A DNA stretch of 64,000 bases from the NCBI GenBank assembly GCA_038871515.1, contig JAVZHX010000001.1, forward strand, positions 416,001 to 480,000. Direction: 5' to 3'. A model generated the notes under the pieces. It was given only the letters and a program-made list of their open reading frames with translations, was not told the DNA's origin and searched no databases. This DNA is from Candidatus Micrarchaeia archaeon. Its GTDB lineage: Archaea; Micrarchaeota; Micrarchaeia; Burarchaeales; Fermentimicrarchaeaceae. Position 1 is the first letter of the stretch. Every line of letters begins with the position of its first letter. Both the position numbers and the translations under genes were made by a program. Shown one piece after another: positions 38,706 to 47,769 of this stretch.

Positions 38706-39428
38706 CTACTTCTCCACCACAATTCCCTTCGGCCCAACCGTAACAGTTCTCGCAAGGAAATCGTGCTTCGTCAACCTCATCTTCTCAACAACAAGCGTTC
38801 TCTTCCCAAGCGCCTCTATCTTCGCGAGCTTTATCACTCCGTCAACCAAATACTCACACGTTTCCTTTGCGCTCTCAAAAGTTCTCTCCTCATAAATGTA
38901 AACAACAGTGCACTTATCCGTCTCCTTCATCCTCCTGATAAACCTTGTCGTCAATGCTCTCAGCAGCATATCCTCAGTGATTGGTATGCTTCCCACCTTT
39001 TTAATCGCCTCAAATATCTGGTCAGAAACAAACTCCTCCCTTGTCAGGGGAAGCTTGCTAAGGAATGAGGTGAGGGAGTCAATCACAACTCTTGCTGGTT
39101 TATACGTTTTAATATCTGAAACAATCACCCCTTCCAAATCAGGCTCCCTTGTTATATCATAGTTTTTGAACTCAACAGGCAAACCCTCAAAATTCCACCC
39201 AAACAACTCCGCCTGCTCCTTCAAACTCTCCTCCCCCTGCGTAAACGAAATATACATCCCTTTATCTTTAAACTGCTTCGCGCCGTTGTAAAGGAACTGC
39301 AATCCAAGAATTGTTTTCAAAGTTCCCGGAGAACCCTTCACAAGCACCGCAGAACCCTCTGGAAAACCACCTTCAATTATCTTATCCAACTCCTCTATGC
39401 CAGTTGGAACCCTTTTAATATCCGCCAT
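38706..39428 (-). CDS. KaiC/RAD55-family ATPase
   Basis: Motifs VPTGI..LD..I.GG.P, GSPGTLKT, QFLYNGA, VVIDS, KMR.T.H. Confidence 0.88.
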   Translation of the reverse strand: MADIKRVPTGIEELDKIIEGGFPEGSAVLVKGSPGTLKTILGLQFLYNGAKQFKDKGMYISFTQGEESLKEQAELFGWNFEGLPVEFKNYDITREPDLEGVIVSDIKTYKPARVVIDSLTSFLSKLPLTREEFVSDQIFEAIKKVGSIPITEDMLLRALTTRFIRRMKETDKCTVVYIYEERTFESAKETCEYLVDGVIKLAKIEALGKRTLVVEKMRLTKHDFLARTVTVGPKGIVVEK

Positions 39429-39470
39429 TACCCCACCTCATCAATGAGAGAAATTAGTAGAAGAGAGTAT

Positions 39471-40250
39471 TTATAACTTATGCATACCCTCAAGCTTAAC
39501 CAGTAAATCATTCTTCAACTCCAACCAATCCCTAGGCCTGTTGTTCAATGGGATGAACGGGTTTGTGAGATTGCGTAGTTTTCTGTAATCCATCTTTCTA
39601 ACTGCCTGAATAGTCCGCTTTAGAAACTCCCCAACCCCCTCCTCGCTTCTTTCAGACTCTAACATTTTTTTAATCGCGTTCTCCATCCTGCCGCAGAGAG
39701 GTAAAGCGTTATACACATCATACACATCCTTCCCTTCAGCTCGTGTGCAAAGCGCATGCATCTTCCGTGCAACCAAATCCTCCAAAGAGTAAACATGAAA
39801 GCCGCTGACAAGCTGCTGCGTATATGAAGACATCGCTGCTTTAACTACAACTGGTTTATCAGTTACAATTCTCTTTGCTGCGATATCAACTCGCACATGA
39901 CCCTCCCCCCCAAGTGGGCTATCATAAGTGCAGTAGAACTGGAGTGAACTGCCAACCCTACGAAATTCCACTATTTCATACCCTTCCATTCCTTCAGATA
40001 GTTCTCTGCAAAGCCTCTGCACCTCCCCCATGCTCTCTGTGCCTGAGTCAAAGTCCAAATCATCTGAAAAGCGCTGGAGCTTTCCAAGGTAGACTTTATT
40101 CAGGGCAGTCCCTCCTTTAAAAACAATATTCGGTTGTTGTGCGGTTATCTTGCTCAGCACGTCAAAAACATAGAATTCCTTCACAATAAACTGCAGGGGC
40201 AGCCCGTACTTCACTGCCATGTTCCTGCACGCTTCCAGGTTAATCTCCAC
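39471..40250 (-). CDS. AbiEii/AbiGii nucleotidyltransferase toxin (type IV TA)
   Basis: Motifs FKGGTAL, RFSDDLDF, K..AL..R...KDVYD. Confidence 0.9.
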   Translation of the reverse strand: MEINLEACRNMAVKYGLPLQFIVKEFYVFDVLSKITAQQPNIVFKGGTALNKVYLGKLQRFSDDLDFDSGTESMGEVQRLCRELSEGMEGYEIVEFRRVGSSLQFYCTYDSPLGGEGHVRVDIAAKRIVTDKPVVVKAAMSSYTQQLVSGFHVYSLEDLVARKMHALCTRAEGKDVYDVYNALPLCGRMENAIKKMLESERSEEGVGEFLKRTIQAVRKMDYRKLRNLTNPFIPLNNRPRDWLELKNDLLVKLEGMHKL

Positions 40251-40254
40251 CCTC

Positions 40255-40860
40255 TCACCCCCTGATGAAATTTACTACCTTCTCCATTCTCTTGGCGAGT
40301 TTGCCTTTTGCAAATTTTTTCACGTAGGTGTTAAACTCCCTCCACTCCTGTCCCGTAAGTCCCGCCTCCTTATATGTAGCGATAAGCTTATCCATCTCAA
40401 CAGAATATCTTGGCAGGTAAAGACAATCAAACAGCGTTTTAGCCCGAGTTGAAATTACATACCCTCCAATTTTAGCAAAGCCAATCGCTTTTTCATCAAG
40501 GGCCACAGCTCTGAATTCATACTCCCCAAATCTCTTCACTTTTGATGTGCTCGTTGTGACGACAATTAAACTGAACGGCATCTCGGAGATAAGCTTGTGA
40601 AGGTACAGGGCGGTGGAGAAACCCAGATAGCCGTTAAACGTTGCCTGTGCGCACGCATATGGATCTCTCATCGGTTTGATGGAATAAACCCCTCGCTTTA
40701 GACGGATGATTCTGCCAGACTTGTTCAGGCGGCTCAGGGTAGTTTTCAGTGTGAACGAATCGCTCAGCTTGAGACTTTCCAGGACATCCAGCGTTGCAAT
40801 TCCATAGGGAGAAGCGGATATTGCATCCAGCACCGCTTGGCTGATTTTCATACTTGACAT
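40255..40860 (-). CDS. AbiEi-type antitoxin
   Basis: Motifs LSRL...G.IIRLKRGVY, YLGF.TAL..H.L, KT..DCL. Confidence 0.85.
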   Translation of the reverse strand: MSSMKISQAVLDAISASPYGIATLDVLESLKLSDSFTLKTTLSRLNKSGRIIRLKRGVYSIKPMRDPYACAQATFNGYLGFSTALYLHKLISEMPFSLIVVTTSTSKVKRFGEYEFRAVALDEKAIGFAKIGGYVISTRAKTLFDCLYLPRYSVEMDKLIATYKEAGLTGQEWREFNTYVKKFAKGKLAKRMEKVVNFIRG

Positions 40861-40864
40861 GTAT

Positions 40865-40885
40865 TAATAAACGAATTGTTTATTA
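40865..40885. promoter_or_regulatory. Inverted repeat TAATAAAC-N5-GTTTATTA just upstream of abiEi
   Basis: Read directly; AbiEi antitoxins are known to autoregulate through inverted repeats. Confidence 0.55.
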
Positions 40886-41046
40886 TTAAATGTTTCTATA
40901 AAGGAGTAAATCCTTCGGTCAGTTCACAAACAACTTCCCAAAACATTCCATCCCAGTTATAGTAAACCTCTTCACACAACCGACGCATAAATCTATGTTA
41001 TGTATAATTAACACAAACTAGAAAATAAGTTACTTGCATATGACAA

Positions 41047-41177
41047 AAATTCAATGTTAAAAAGGATATATCCTTTCATCTGAAAGAGAGGAAAAGATAA
41101 AAATTGAGGGAAAAGTTATAGAAGTTGTGCCTCTCTTCAAATTTCTCCTGAACTTTGCACCCAGCTTCAAATGTTAA
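41047..41177 (+). pseudogene. C-terminal remnant of a COG1373-type ATPase
   Basis: EREEKIKIEGKVIEVVPLFKFLL resembles the C-termini of 21274-22584 and 27360-28628. Confidence 0.6.
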
Positions 41178-41210
41178 CTTTAAATATACAATTGTTCTAT
41201 AATAAAGAAC

Positions 41211-41801
41211 ATGTTAGAACTGCTTATTCGGTCGAAAACAGAAGTAAAAATACTTGGAGTTGTTCTGTTTGAGAATGAGCTCCACTTGCGGGAGATAGCG
41301 AGGAGAGCTGGCGCCAGCCCCTCAGAAACAAAAAAGGAGCTGGACAACCTTGTGCGCCTTGGCGTCCTGAGGAAGCAGAGGCGGGGCAATCAGCTGCTCT
41401 TCGCTGTAAACACCCAATGCCCGTTCCTCAGCGAGCTCAGGAGTTTTTACATAAAAACAGATGGAGTTGCTGAGCAGCTCAGGAAAACTCTCTCCAAAAA
41501 ATATGGTGTGAAGTACGCTTTCATTTTCGGCAGCCTGGCAGCTGGAAGCTTCAGCCAGAAAAGCGATGTTGATATCCTCATAATCGGCAGTATTGATGAA
41601 GAGGAAATTGCAAGAGATACCTCTCACCTTCAGAAAATAACTGGCAGGGAAATAAACTGGGTGCTTTGGAGCGAAAGAGACTTTGCAAGTAAGTTAAAAG
41701 AGAAGGGTTCATTTATTACCTCTGTGCTTAGAGGAAAGCGCATATGGCTAAAGGGTGATGAAAGTGAATTTGAAAGAATTACTTCAAAAGCGACTGGTTG
41801 A
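41211..41801 (+). CDS. HTH-fused MNT antitoxin
   Basis: LHLREIARR HTH; FIFGSLA.G...SDVDILIIG. Confidence 0.85.
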   Translation: MLELLIRSKTEVKILGVVLFENELHLREIARRAGASPSETKKELDNLVRLGVLRKQRRGNQLLFAVNTQCPFLSELRSFYIKTDGVAEQLRKTLSKKYGVKYAFIFGSLAAGSFSQKSDVDILIIGSIDEEEIARDTSHLQKITGREINWVLWSERDFASKLKEKGSFITSVLRGKRIWLKGDESEFERITSKATG

Positions 41802-42195
41802 AAAGTCCACGCAGGATTTGAAACTATCAGCAAAGTTCCTGTCAGATGCACACAGAGACATCTCGGCAGCCGAAGATAATTTGAAGACGAAACATCCTGA
41901 CTGGGCTTTGGCGATTGCATACAATGCAATGCTCTCTGCAGGAATGGCGCTTATGGCGTATAAGGGTTATCGCACCTTTGCCGAATCGCACCACGTTGCA
42001 GTTGTGCAGTTCTGCGCAGCTGTTATGCCTCCAGACTCGGCAACACTCGTGAGCGTATTCAACCGCTACCGGGTTAGGAGGCATGATGTAATCTACGGAG
42101 AGTCCAGCTCTGTTGGAGAGGATGAGGCAAGAAAAGCTATTGAGAATACAAAGAAGTTTGTTGAGCAAATTGAAAAAATTATAAAAGTCAGTTAA
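41755..42195 (+). CDS. HEPN-domain toxin
   Basis: AYNAML, SH..V, R.RRH.VIY. Confidence 0.85.
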   Translation: MMKVNLKELLQKRLVEKSTQDLKLSAKFLSDAHRDISAAEDNLKTKHPDWALAIAYNAMLSAGMALMAYKGYRTFAESHHVAVVQFCAAVMPPDSATLVSVFNRYRVRRHDVIYGESSSVGEDEARKAIENTKKFVEQIEKIIKVS

Positions 42196-42414
42196 CCACT
42201 TTGTTAACAAATACTGGGCTGATTATTTTTCTAATTCCAGCACATCTTATTGGTGTTATAATTTTTAATCTATCTTCGCTAAAATGGGCAAGAAATTGAT
42301 GCATAATTATAGGGATATGATAACTTAGCAACTTTAGAATGTTGTTAATGATAATTTCATAGTATATGTGAGCATTTTTGGATAAAGGTTTAATCTAAAT
42401 ATAACTAAGTATGC

Positions 42415-42663
42415 GTGATGTATATGGATGTGTCTACGATAAGGCTACATAGGAAAACCAAATTCGCCCTTGACAGATATAGAGAATACAGGAATGAGAG
42501 TTATGATGAAGTTGTGATGAAGCTTGTTAACATAGCCGACACATGTAAGAAAGAGCCAGAGCTTTCCAAAGAAGCGGTTGAACGAATAGAGAAGGCACGT
42601 GAGAGGATACGGGCAGGCAACTTTGTGAGTGAAAGTGAGGCAAGAAAGAGGCTGGCCCTGTGA
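42415..42663 (+). CDS. Small antitoxin
   Basis: STIRL...K..L...ESYDEVV..L and C-terminal EARKRL; overlaps the relE remnant. Confidence 0.7.
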   Translation: MMYMDVSTIRLHRKTKFALDRYREYRNESYDEVVMKLVNIADTCKKEPELSKEAVERIEKARERIRAGNFVSESEARKRLAL

Positions 42664-42926
42664 CATACGAGGTGGTTTTCGACAGGAAAGCACTTGAATT
42701 TCTAGAAGGCCTGCCGAAGGAGTTGCAGCAGAGGATTTTCAATAAAATAACTGCTGCAAAGGAGAATCCACTTCACTTCTTTGAGAGGCTGGAGGGCGGC
42801 AGGATTACAAGCTGCGTGTAGGCAAATACCGAGTCATTGCGGATATCTCACAGCTTGAAAAGGATTGAGGTGACACTCATAGACCACAGGAAAAAGGTTT
42901 ACGAGAAGTTGCCAAAAGAAAAATGA
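42660..42926 (+). pseudogene. RelE/ParE toxin with two frameshifts
   Basis: TYEVVFDRKALEFL...FERLEG, then YKLRVGKYRVIAD, then IEVTLIDHRKKVY, each segment separated by a frameshift. Confidence 0.8.
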
Positions 42927-43136
42927 GAAAGCTGTGAAGCTGGCTAGGTATGCGAGAAAACTGCAAGCTCAGAAGATATCGGCTAACAGGGTAACTATAA
43001 TATATCGTGAAGTAATAACTTAACGCATGGCTGATATGAAGCTTAGAGAAGGCGAGGTAATCATCAAAAGTGGGTTGCGAAGAAAGATAAGCTCCAGCTA
43101 GAAATTATAAACAAAAAAGTGCACGAAATTTAAAAG

Positions 43137-43238
43137 TAGCGGGGCGTGGATTTGAACCACGGATCTCTGGGTTATGAGCCCAGCGGGCATTACGGTAGCT
43201 TCCGAGAAGAAGCTATCTCCATGCTACCCTACCCCGCT
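43137..43238 (-). tRNA. Initiator tRNA-Met(CAT) with a 27-nt D-loop intron (43190-43216)
   Basis: A1-U72 acceptor AGCGGGG/CCCCGCT, anticodon arm CTGGG-CT-CAT-AA-CCCAG with three G-C pairs, T-arm CGTGG-TTCAAAT-CCACG. Confidence 0.93.
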
Positions 43239-43312
43239 TCAATAGTATTTACCTCTCAACCTTTAAAAACTCGTCGATTGTTTCTTCGTTTAATAAAATG
43301 AACGATCGTTTT

Positions 43313-44197
43313 TTATATCGAACTGCAACTTAAAACACGAACTATTGGCTCCACATTCCACCCTAACTTCAGCTTTTTCATTTTCTTTAAATCAGCCCAT
43401 AACGCCATGCTGTGCTCTCCTCCGTATTTAACTCTTCCCTCCCCCTTTCCCTCAAAAACAATGTAAACAGAATGCTTGCTCAAATCACCCTTTCTATACA
43501 CTTTTGAGCTTGTGCAAAGCAGCTTCATTTTCTTAATTTTCAAACCAGTCTCCTCAAAAACCTCCCTCCTCACAGCTTTTTCAGGCGACTCTCCCCACTC
43601 CACTCCACCACCAGGAAACTCCCAAACTTTTGGCTCCCTTCTCTTCAAAACAAGAATTCTTCCTTTTGAATCTCTCACAACTGCGTAAACATTCAACTCC
43701 TGCACTCTGCCTCTCATTGAATCAACCTCCTCAATTAACTTTTTCATCCTCCTGAACATCTCGCTTCCTCCAAGCAGCTTCTCAATTCTCTCAACCTTTC
43801 CTTTCTCGCATACTTTATCAGCATAGCAAACAATTTTCTCCTCAACTGTTTCAGGAATAAAATCTCTTGCAGGCAACCCCATTCTTCCAGCCTCCTCCCT
43901 GCTTATCCCTCCGAGCACATGCCTCTCCGCAATCCTTGCAACCTCCTCCCCCACCCCCTCCTTTCTTAGAATCTCCCCTCCCAGATAACCATGCTCCAAA
44001 CTATGGGTTAAACTCCTTCCAACATCATGAAGTAAAGCCCCTTCCTCAACAAGCTTCAAATCAACCCCCCAACCCCTTCTTTTAACCTCTTTTGCAACCT
44101 GAAGGGCAACTCTCCTAACCTTTTTTGAATGCTCAATTATGTTTTTTGGCAGTTTGTATTTCAGAAGCAGCTTCATGCAGAAATTATAAAACAACAC
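43313..44197 (-). CDS. HDIG-type HD phosphohydrolase fused to a NUDIX hydrolase
   Basis: HS..V, LLHDVG, YADK; NUDIX box GGGVEWGESPEKAVRREVFEETG. Confidence 0.85.
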   Translation of the reverse strand: MLFYNFCMKLLLKYKLPKNIIEHSKKVRRVALQVAKEVKRRGWGVDLKLVEEGALLHDVGRSLTHSLEHGYLGGEILRKEGVGEEVARIAERHVLGGISREEAGRMGLPARDFIPETVEEKIVCYADKVCEKGKVERIEKLLGGSEMFRRMKKLIEEVDSMRGRVQELNVYAVVRDSKGRILVLKRREPKVWEFPGGGVEWGESPEKAVRREVFEETGLKIKKMKLLCTSSKVYRKGDLSKHSVYIVFEGKGEGRVKYGGEHSMALWADLKKMKKLKLGWNVEPIVRVLSCSSI

Positions 44198-44782
44198 TTA
44201 TTTAGTATTTTTCTTTTCAACAAAAACAAGAGGAGCCCCGCAGTCAAGGCACTTGAATTTATTTTCAAACGCAACATCAAAAGGAATCATAACCCCTTCC
44301 CCTTTCTTGCAGGATTTGCATGTGTAGAACTCAACTGTCTCCTCAGAAACTGTGCTCGCTGGCACCTCCTTCCTCTGAAGCAGTTTATCCGCTTTATTAA
44401 GCGACAACCTCCAGACATACGAATACCAACCGCTCTCCTTATCCCTGCTCCTCTCGTAAGCAGTTAAACCATATGAATGCAGCTTGTTCAGCACAGCCCT
44501 TACCTCGCTCAGCTTTATCTTGCATGCGCTCGCCAAATCCTCATCGCTCAGCGGCTCCTCCAACGCCTCTGCAACTGCAAGCGCTTTCTCCCCAGCAATC
44601 TGAAGAATCAAATTCCTCACATGCTCGTCTGCAAGTTTCCTGCTAATCCTGCTCCTTCTTTTCACCTTTCTGGCCGCCTTCCTTACTTTTTTAACAACTC
44701 TCATCCTGCGCTTTGCAACAGCCACCTTTTTCCTCACAACCTTTCTAGCTCTGGAGCGCGCTCTGCGCTTCTTCATCTTCAT
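44198..44782 (-). CDS. tfe: Transcription factor E (alpha) with a basic N-terminal extension
   Basis: DEDLA, VR.VLNKL, RD.ESGWY.Y.W, zinc ribbon FYTC...F.C..CG. Confidence 0.88.
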   Translation of the reverse strand: MKMKKRRARSRARKVVRKKVAVAKRRMRVVKKVRKAARKVKRRSRISRKLADEHVRNLILQIAGEKALAVAEALEEPLSDEDLASACKIKLSEVRAVLNKLHSYGLTAYERSRDKESGWYSYVWRLSLNKADKLLQRKEVPASTVSEETVEFYTCKSCKKGEGVMIPFDVAFENKFKCLDCGAPLVFVEKKNTK

Positions 44783-44823
44783 GGGCTATATTATGCACGA
44801 AAGAATATTTATAACCTTCGCAA

Positions 44824-45336
44824 TTATTCTATTTTCTTCCCATGCGCCTGTGGCACAACCCTCAGTTTCGCGTTTTCAAACCTTTTTTCAAGCTCCTTTC
44901 CCTCAAAATACCTGTCAAGAAAAACAGCCAGCGCAGCAACCTCTGAGTGTGGCTGGGTTGAAACAGATATGTTATAATCTACGTTTCTATAAACTTCTGG
45001 AGGAACCTTCTCAGCCCCAACCACCAAAAGAAGCTTTTTCTCCTTTCTCAGCTCATCAATTTTTTCATTCAGCGGTTCCCCATACATAGTGAGGTGGACA
45101 GTTTTTCCATCCCACTCTCTCAATACTGCTCTCCAATCCTTTCTGTATTCCACTTCAAAATTCCCTCCCCACTTCTCAACAACCCCCTTCACACTTCTTA
45201 TAACTGACTCATCTCTCTCCCCTGAAAGAAAAACCTTATCCGCTCCAAGCGCCCTTGCCGCTAAACAGACGTGGGTTGTCACCCTCGCATCCCTTCCAAC
45301 CCTATGCCCCAACCGAAGAACCGCAATCATAAACAA
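44824..45336 (-). CDS. trm56: tRNA (cytidine-56 2'-O)-methyltransferase
   Basis: Motifs RLGHR..RD.RVTTHV, HLTMYG, GAEKVP, QPHSEVAAL. Confidence 0.95.
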   Translation of the reverse strand: MFMIAVLRLGHRVGRDARVTTHVCLAARALGADKVFLSGERDESVIRSVKGVVEKWGGNFEVEYRKDWRAVLREWDGKTVHLTMYGEPLNEKIDELRKEKKLLLVVGAEKVPPEVYRNVDYNISVSTQPHSEVAALAVFLDRYFEGKELEKRFENAKLRVVPQAHGKKIE

Positions 45337-45373
45337 CCTTTTTATTCTCTAACCTATTAAACATATTCCACAT

Positions 45374-45474
45374 GGGCCCGTAGCTCAGCGTGGCAGAGCG
45401 GCTGAAAGTTTGCCGAAGCTCTTAACTTCGCTGGCGAAACCAGTAGGTCGCGCGTTCAAATCGCGCCGGGCCCG
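45374..45474 (+). tRNA. tRNA-Lys(CTT) with two introns: 30/31 (45405-45417) and 37/38 (45425-45438)
   Basis: Acceptor GGGCCCG/CGGGCCC, T-arm GCGCG-TTCAAAT-CGCGC. Removing both inserts gives GCTGG-CT-CTT-AA-CCAGT. Confidence 0.9.
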
Positions 45475-45488
45475 CTTCCGGTGGTTTT

Positions 45489-46241
45489 GTGGAGGTGACA
45501 TTCCTAGGGACAAGAGGCTGGTATTCCAAAAAAGGGCAGACTTCCTGCGTGGTTCTTGAAACAAAAGAAGGAAACTACATACTTGACGCAGGGACAGGAA
45601 TATACTGGGCTGATGAGTTTGTTAACTTTAATAAACCAACCTGCCTGCTGCTCTCCCATTTTCACCTGGATCATATGGTTGGGATAACCGCCCTGCAAAA
45701 CATATTCAAAGGAAAGCAACTCACAATATATGGACAGGAAGGAGTGAGGGAGGCAGTTGACAGAATAATGAAGAAACCACTCTTTCCAGTTTATTTCAAC
45801 TCACCACTTTTCAAATTTAAGGTGAAATTCAAAAAATTAAAGGAGAAGCAGAGAATATTTGACTCAGTTGTGAAAACCGCCAAATTGAACCATGCGGACC
45901 CCGTGCTTGGGATAAGAATTGAAAATAATGGGAGGAGCTTTGTTTATGCAACGGATACTCTGCCTTGCGAAGCAACAGCAAAACTTGCAAGGAATTGCGA
46001 TGCGCTTGTACATGAAACGTATTTCTCAGAGGATGAATTCAAGCTTCTCAAAATAAACACAGGGCACTCCTCCCCAAAAGGAGCTGCAAGGGTTGCAAGG
46101 GAAGCAGATGCAAAGAAGTTTTACCTCTTCCACTTCAACCCACTCTATGATGAAAGAACAATCTCAAAAATGGTGGAGGAGGGGAGGGAAGTTTTTAAGA
46201 ATACGTTTGCAGCAAAAGATTTTCTGAAGTTTAAACTGTGA
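45489..46241 (+). CDS. MBL-fold hydrolase, RNase Z-like
   Basis: Motifs FLGTRG, LDAGTG, SHFHLDH, HET, GHSS. Confidence 0.8.
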   Translation: MEVTFLGTRGWYSKKGQTSCVVLETKEGNYILDAGTGIYWADEFVNFNKPTCLLLSHFHLDHMVGITALQNIFKGKQLTIYGQEGVREAVDRIMKKPLFPVYFNSPLFKFKVKFKKLKEKQRIFDSVVKTAKLNHADPVLGIRIENNGRSFVYATDTLPCEATAKLARNCDALVHETYFSEDEFKLLKINTGHSSPKGAARVAREADAKKFYLFHFNPLYDERTISKMVEEGREVFKNTFAAKDFLKFKL

Positions 46242-46245
46242 TTGT

Positions 46246-47769
46246 ATGGAGAAGGAGCCAAGGCATTGGGTGGAGCTTCTCACTGATAGAATAGTTGCTG
46301 AGAAGGAGGAGCCATTCGTAATAACATCTGGAATAACGACAAGCGGAAGTTTGCACGTTGGAACTCTCTGCGAGTTTCTCTTCTCCTCAGCAATACAGAG
46401 ATATTTAAATGATAAAGGATACTCAACAGAGTTTCACTTCATCGCAGATATATACGATGCGTTTGACTCTGTGCCAATAAACTTGATAAAATATGAGAAA
46501 GAGCTAACCCCTCACCTGGGAAAACCGCTCTGCGATGTGCCCGACCCTGAGGGATGCCACCCCTCCTACGGAGAGCATTTCTTCGCAGAGGCAGTTGACG
46601 TTATGGAGCTGCTTGACATCCACCCAAAGCTTGAGAGGGCAAACCTTCTTTACAAGGAGGGTAGATTTGACCCCCTTGCAAAATTCTTTCTGAAAAACCA
46701 CGAGGAAACAAAGAGGGTTGTTGCCGAGTCATCGTTAAAGCAGGAACTACCTGAGGAGTGGAATGCTCTGATGCCTGTCTGCCAGAACTGCGGGAGAATT
46801 GCAACGACAGTTGTAACTGAGTTTGATGAAAACTCGTATTCGTATAAGGATGTCAAAGATGTTGGTTATACAAAAGGATGTGGGTACAAAGGGGAGAACA
46901 AACTCTCCGAGCATAAGTATAAATTAACCTGGCGTTTGCACTGGCCCTCGTGGATGGAGGTTTTCCACACAACTGTTGAGGGAGCAGGCGTTGACCACCA
47001 CACAAGAGGTGGCTCTTGGGATACAGTGGTTGCTGTTTACAAAAAACTTTTCAAAAAGGAACCACCAATTGGTTACAAATTCGGCTTCATTCTCCTGAAA
47101 GGAAAAAAATACTCAAAATCAAAGGGAATAGGGCTTGGGGTGAAGGATGTGCTTGAGCTGATACCGCCAGAGCTGATAAAGTACGCATTGTTCAAGCCAG
47201 ATATACAGGAAAATAAGGATATTGACCCAACTGGCTACAGCCTGATGAGATTATTTGATGATTACCACTATGCGTCAACGCTTGATTTATCAAAACCACT
47301 TAGCAGAGCAGACAGAAAGAAGGCAATTGCTTTCTCCCTTTCAACAGACAGAATGAGATGGAAAGCATCCTTCTCAGATATACTGATGTACAGACAGCTC
47401 TACGGCGACTGGAAGAAAGTTGGGGAGCTTCTCAACGACTCAGAAGGGGTTGAATACCTGAAACCATATGTTGAAAAATGGGTTGAGCAGGAGTTCGCGC
47501 CAGAGGAATACTCCTTCTCCTTCCAGCCAACAAAACAAGGGGATATGAAGCTGCTGAAAGAATTTGCCTCAAAGTTAAGGGATGGGATGAAAGCAGTTGA
47601 AATACACAACTTTGTTTTTGAGTTTGCAAGGGAGAAGGGGGTGCAGCCAGAGGAGCTTTTTAGACAGCTTTATCTTGCTTTGTTGAACAAGGAAAAAGGG
47701 CCCAGGATGGGTAAGCTTATAGAGGCGATTGGAGTAAGTAAAGTGAGGGAAACCCTGCTGGCGATGTGA
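46246..47769 (+). CDS. lysS: Lysyl-tRNA synthetase, class I
   Basis: SG.LHVGT, KL.WR..WP, G.DH, KYSKSKG, GPRMG. Confidence 0.93.
   Translation: MEKEPRHWVELLTDRIVAEKEEPFVITSGITTSGSLHVGTLCEFLFSSAIQRYLNDKGYSTEFHFIADIYDAFDSVPINLIKYEKELTPHLGKPLCDVPDPEGCHPSYGEHFFAEAVDVMELLDIHPKLERANLLYKEGRFDPLAKFFLKNHEETKRVVAESSLKQELPEEWNALMPVCQNCGRIATTVVTEFDENSYSYKDVKDVGYTKGCGYKGENKLSEHKYKLTWRLHWPSWMEVFHTTVEGAGVDHHTRGGSWDTVVAVYKKLFKKEPPIGYKFGFILLKGKKYSKSKGIGLGVKDVLELIPPELIKYALFKPDIQENKDIDPTGYSLMRLFDDYHYASTLDLSKPLSRADRKKAIAFSLSTDRMRWKASFSDILMYRQLYGDWKKVGELLNDSEGVEYLKPYVEKWVEQEFAPEEYSFSFQPTKQGDMKLLKEFASKLRDGMKAVEIHNFVFEFAREKGVQPEELFRQLYLALLNKEKGPRMGKLIEAIGVSKVRETLLAM

Noticed and set aside
42780..42870. Programmed frameshifting in relE
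   Set aside because: Two separate shifts would be needed and no clear slippery site with a stimulator is visible; decay is simpler.
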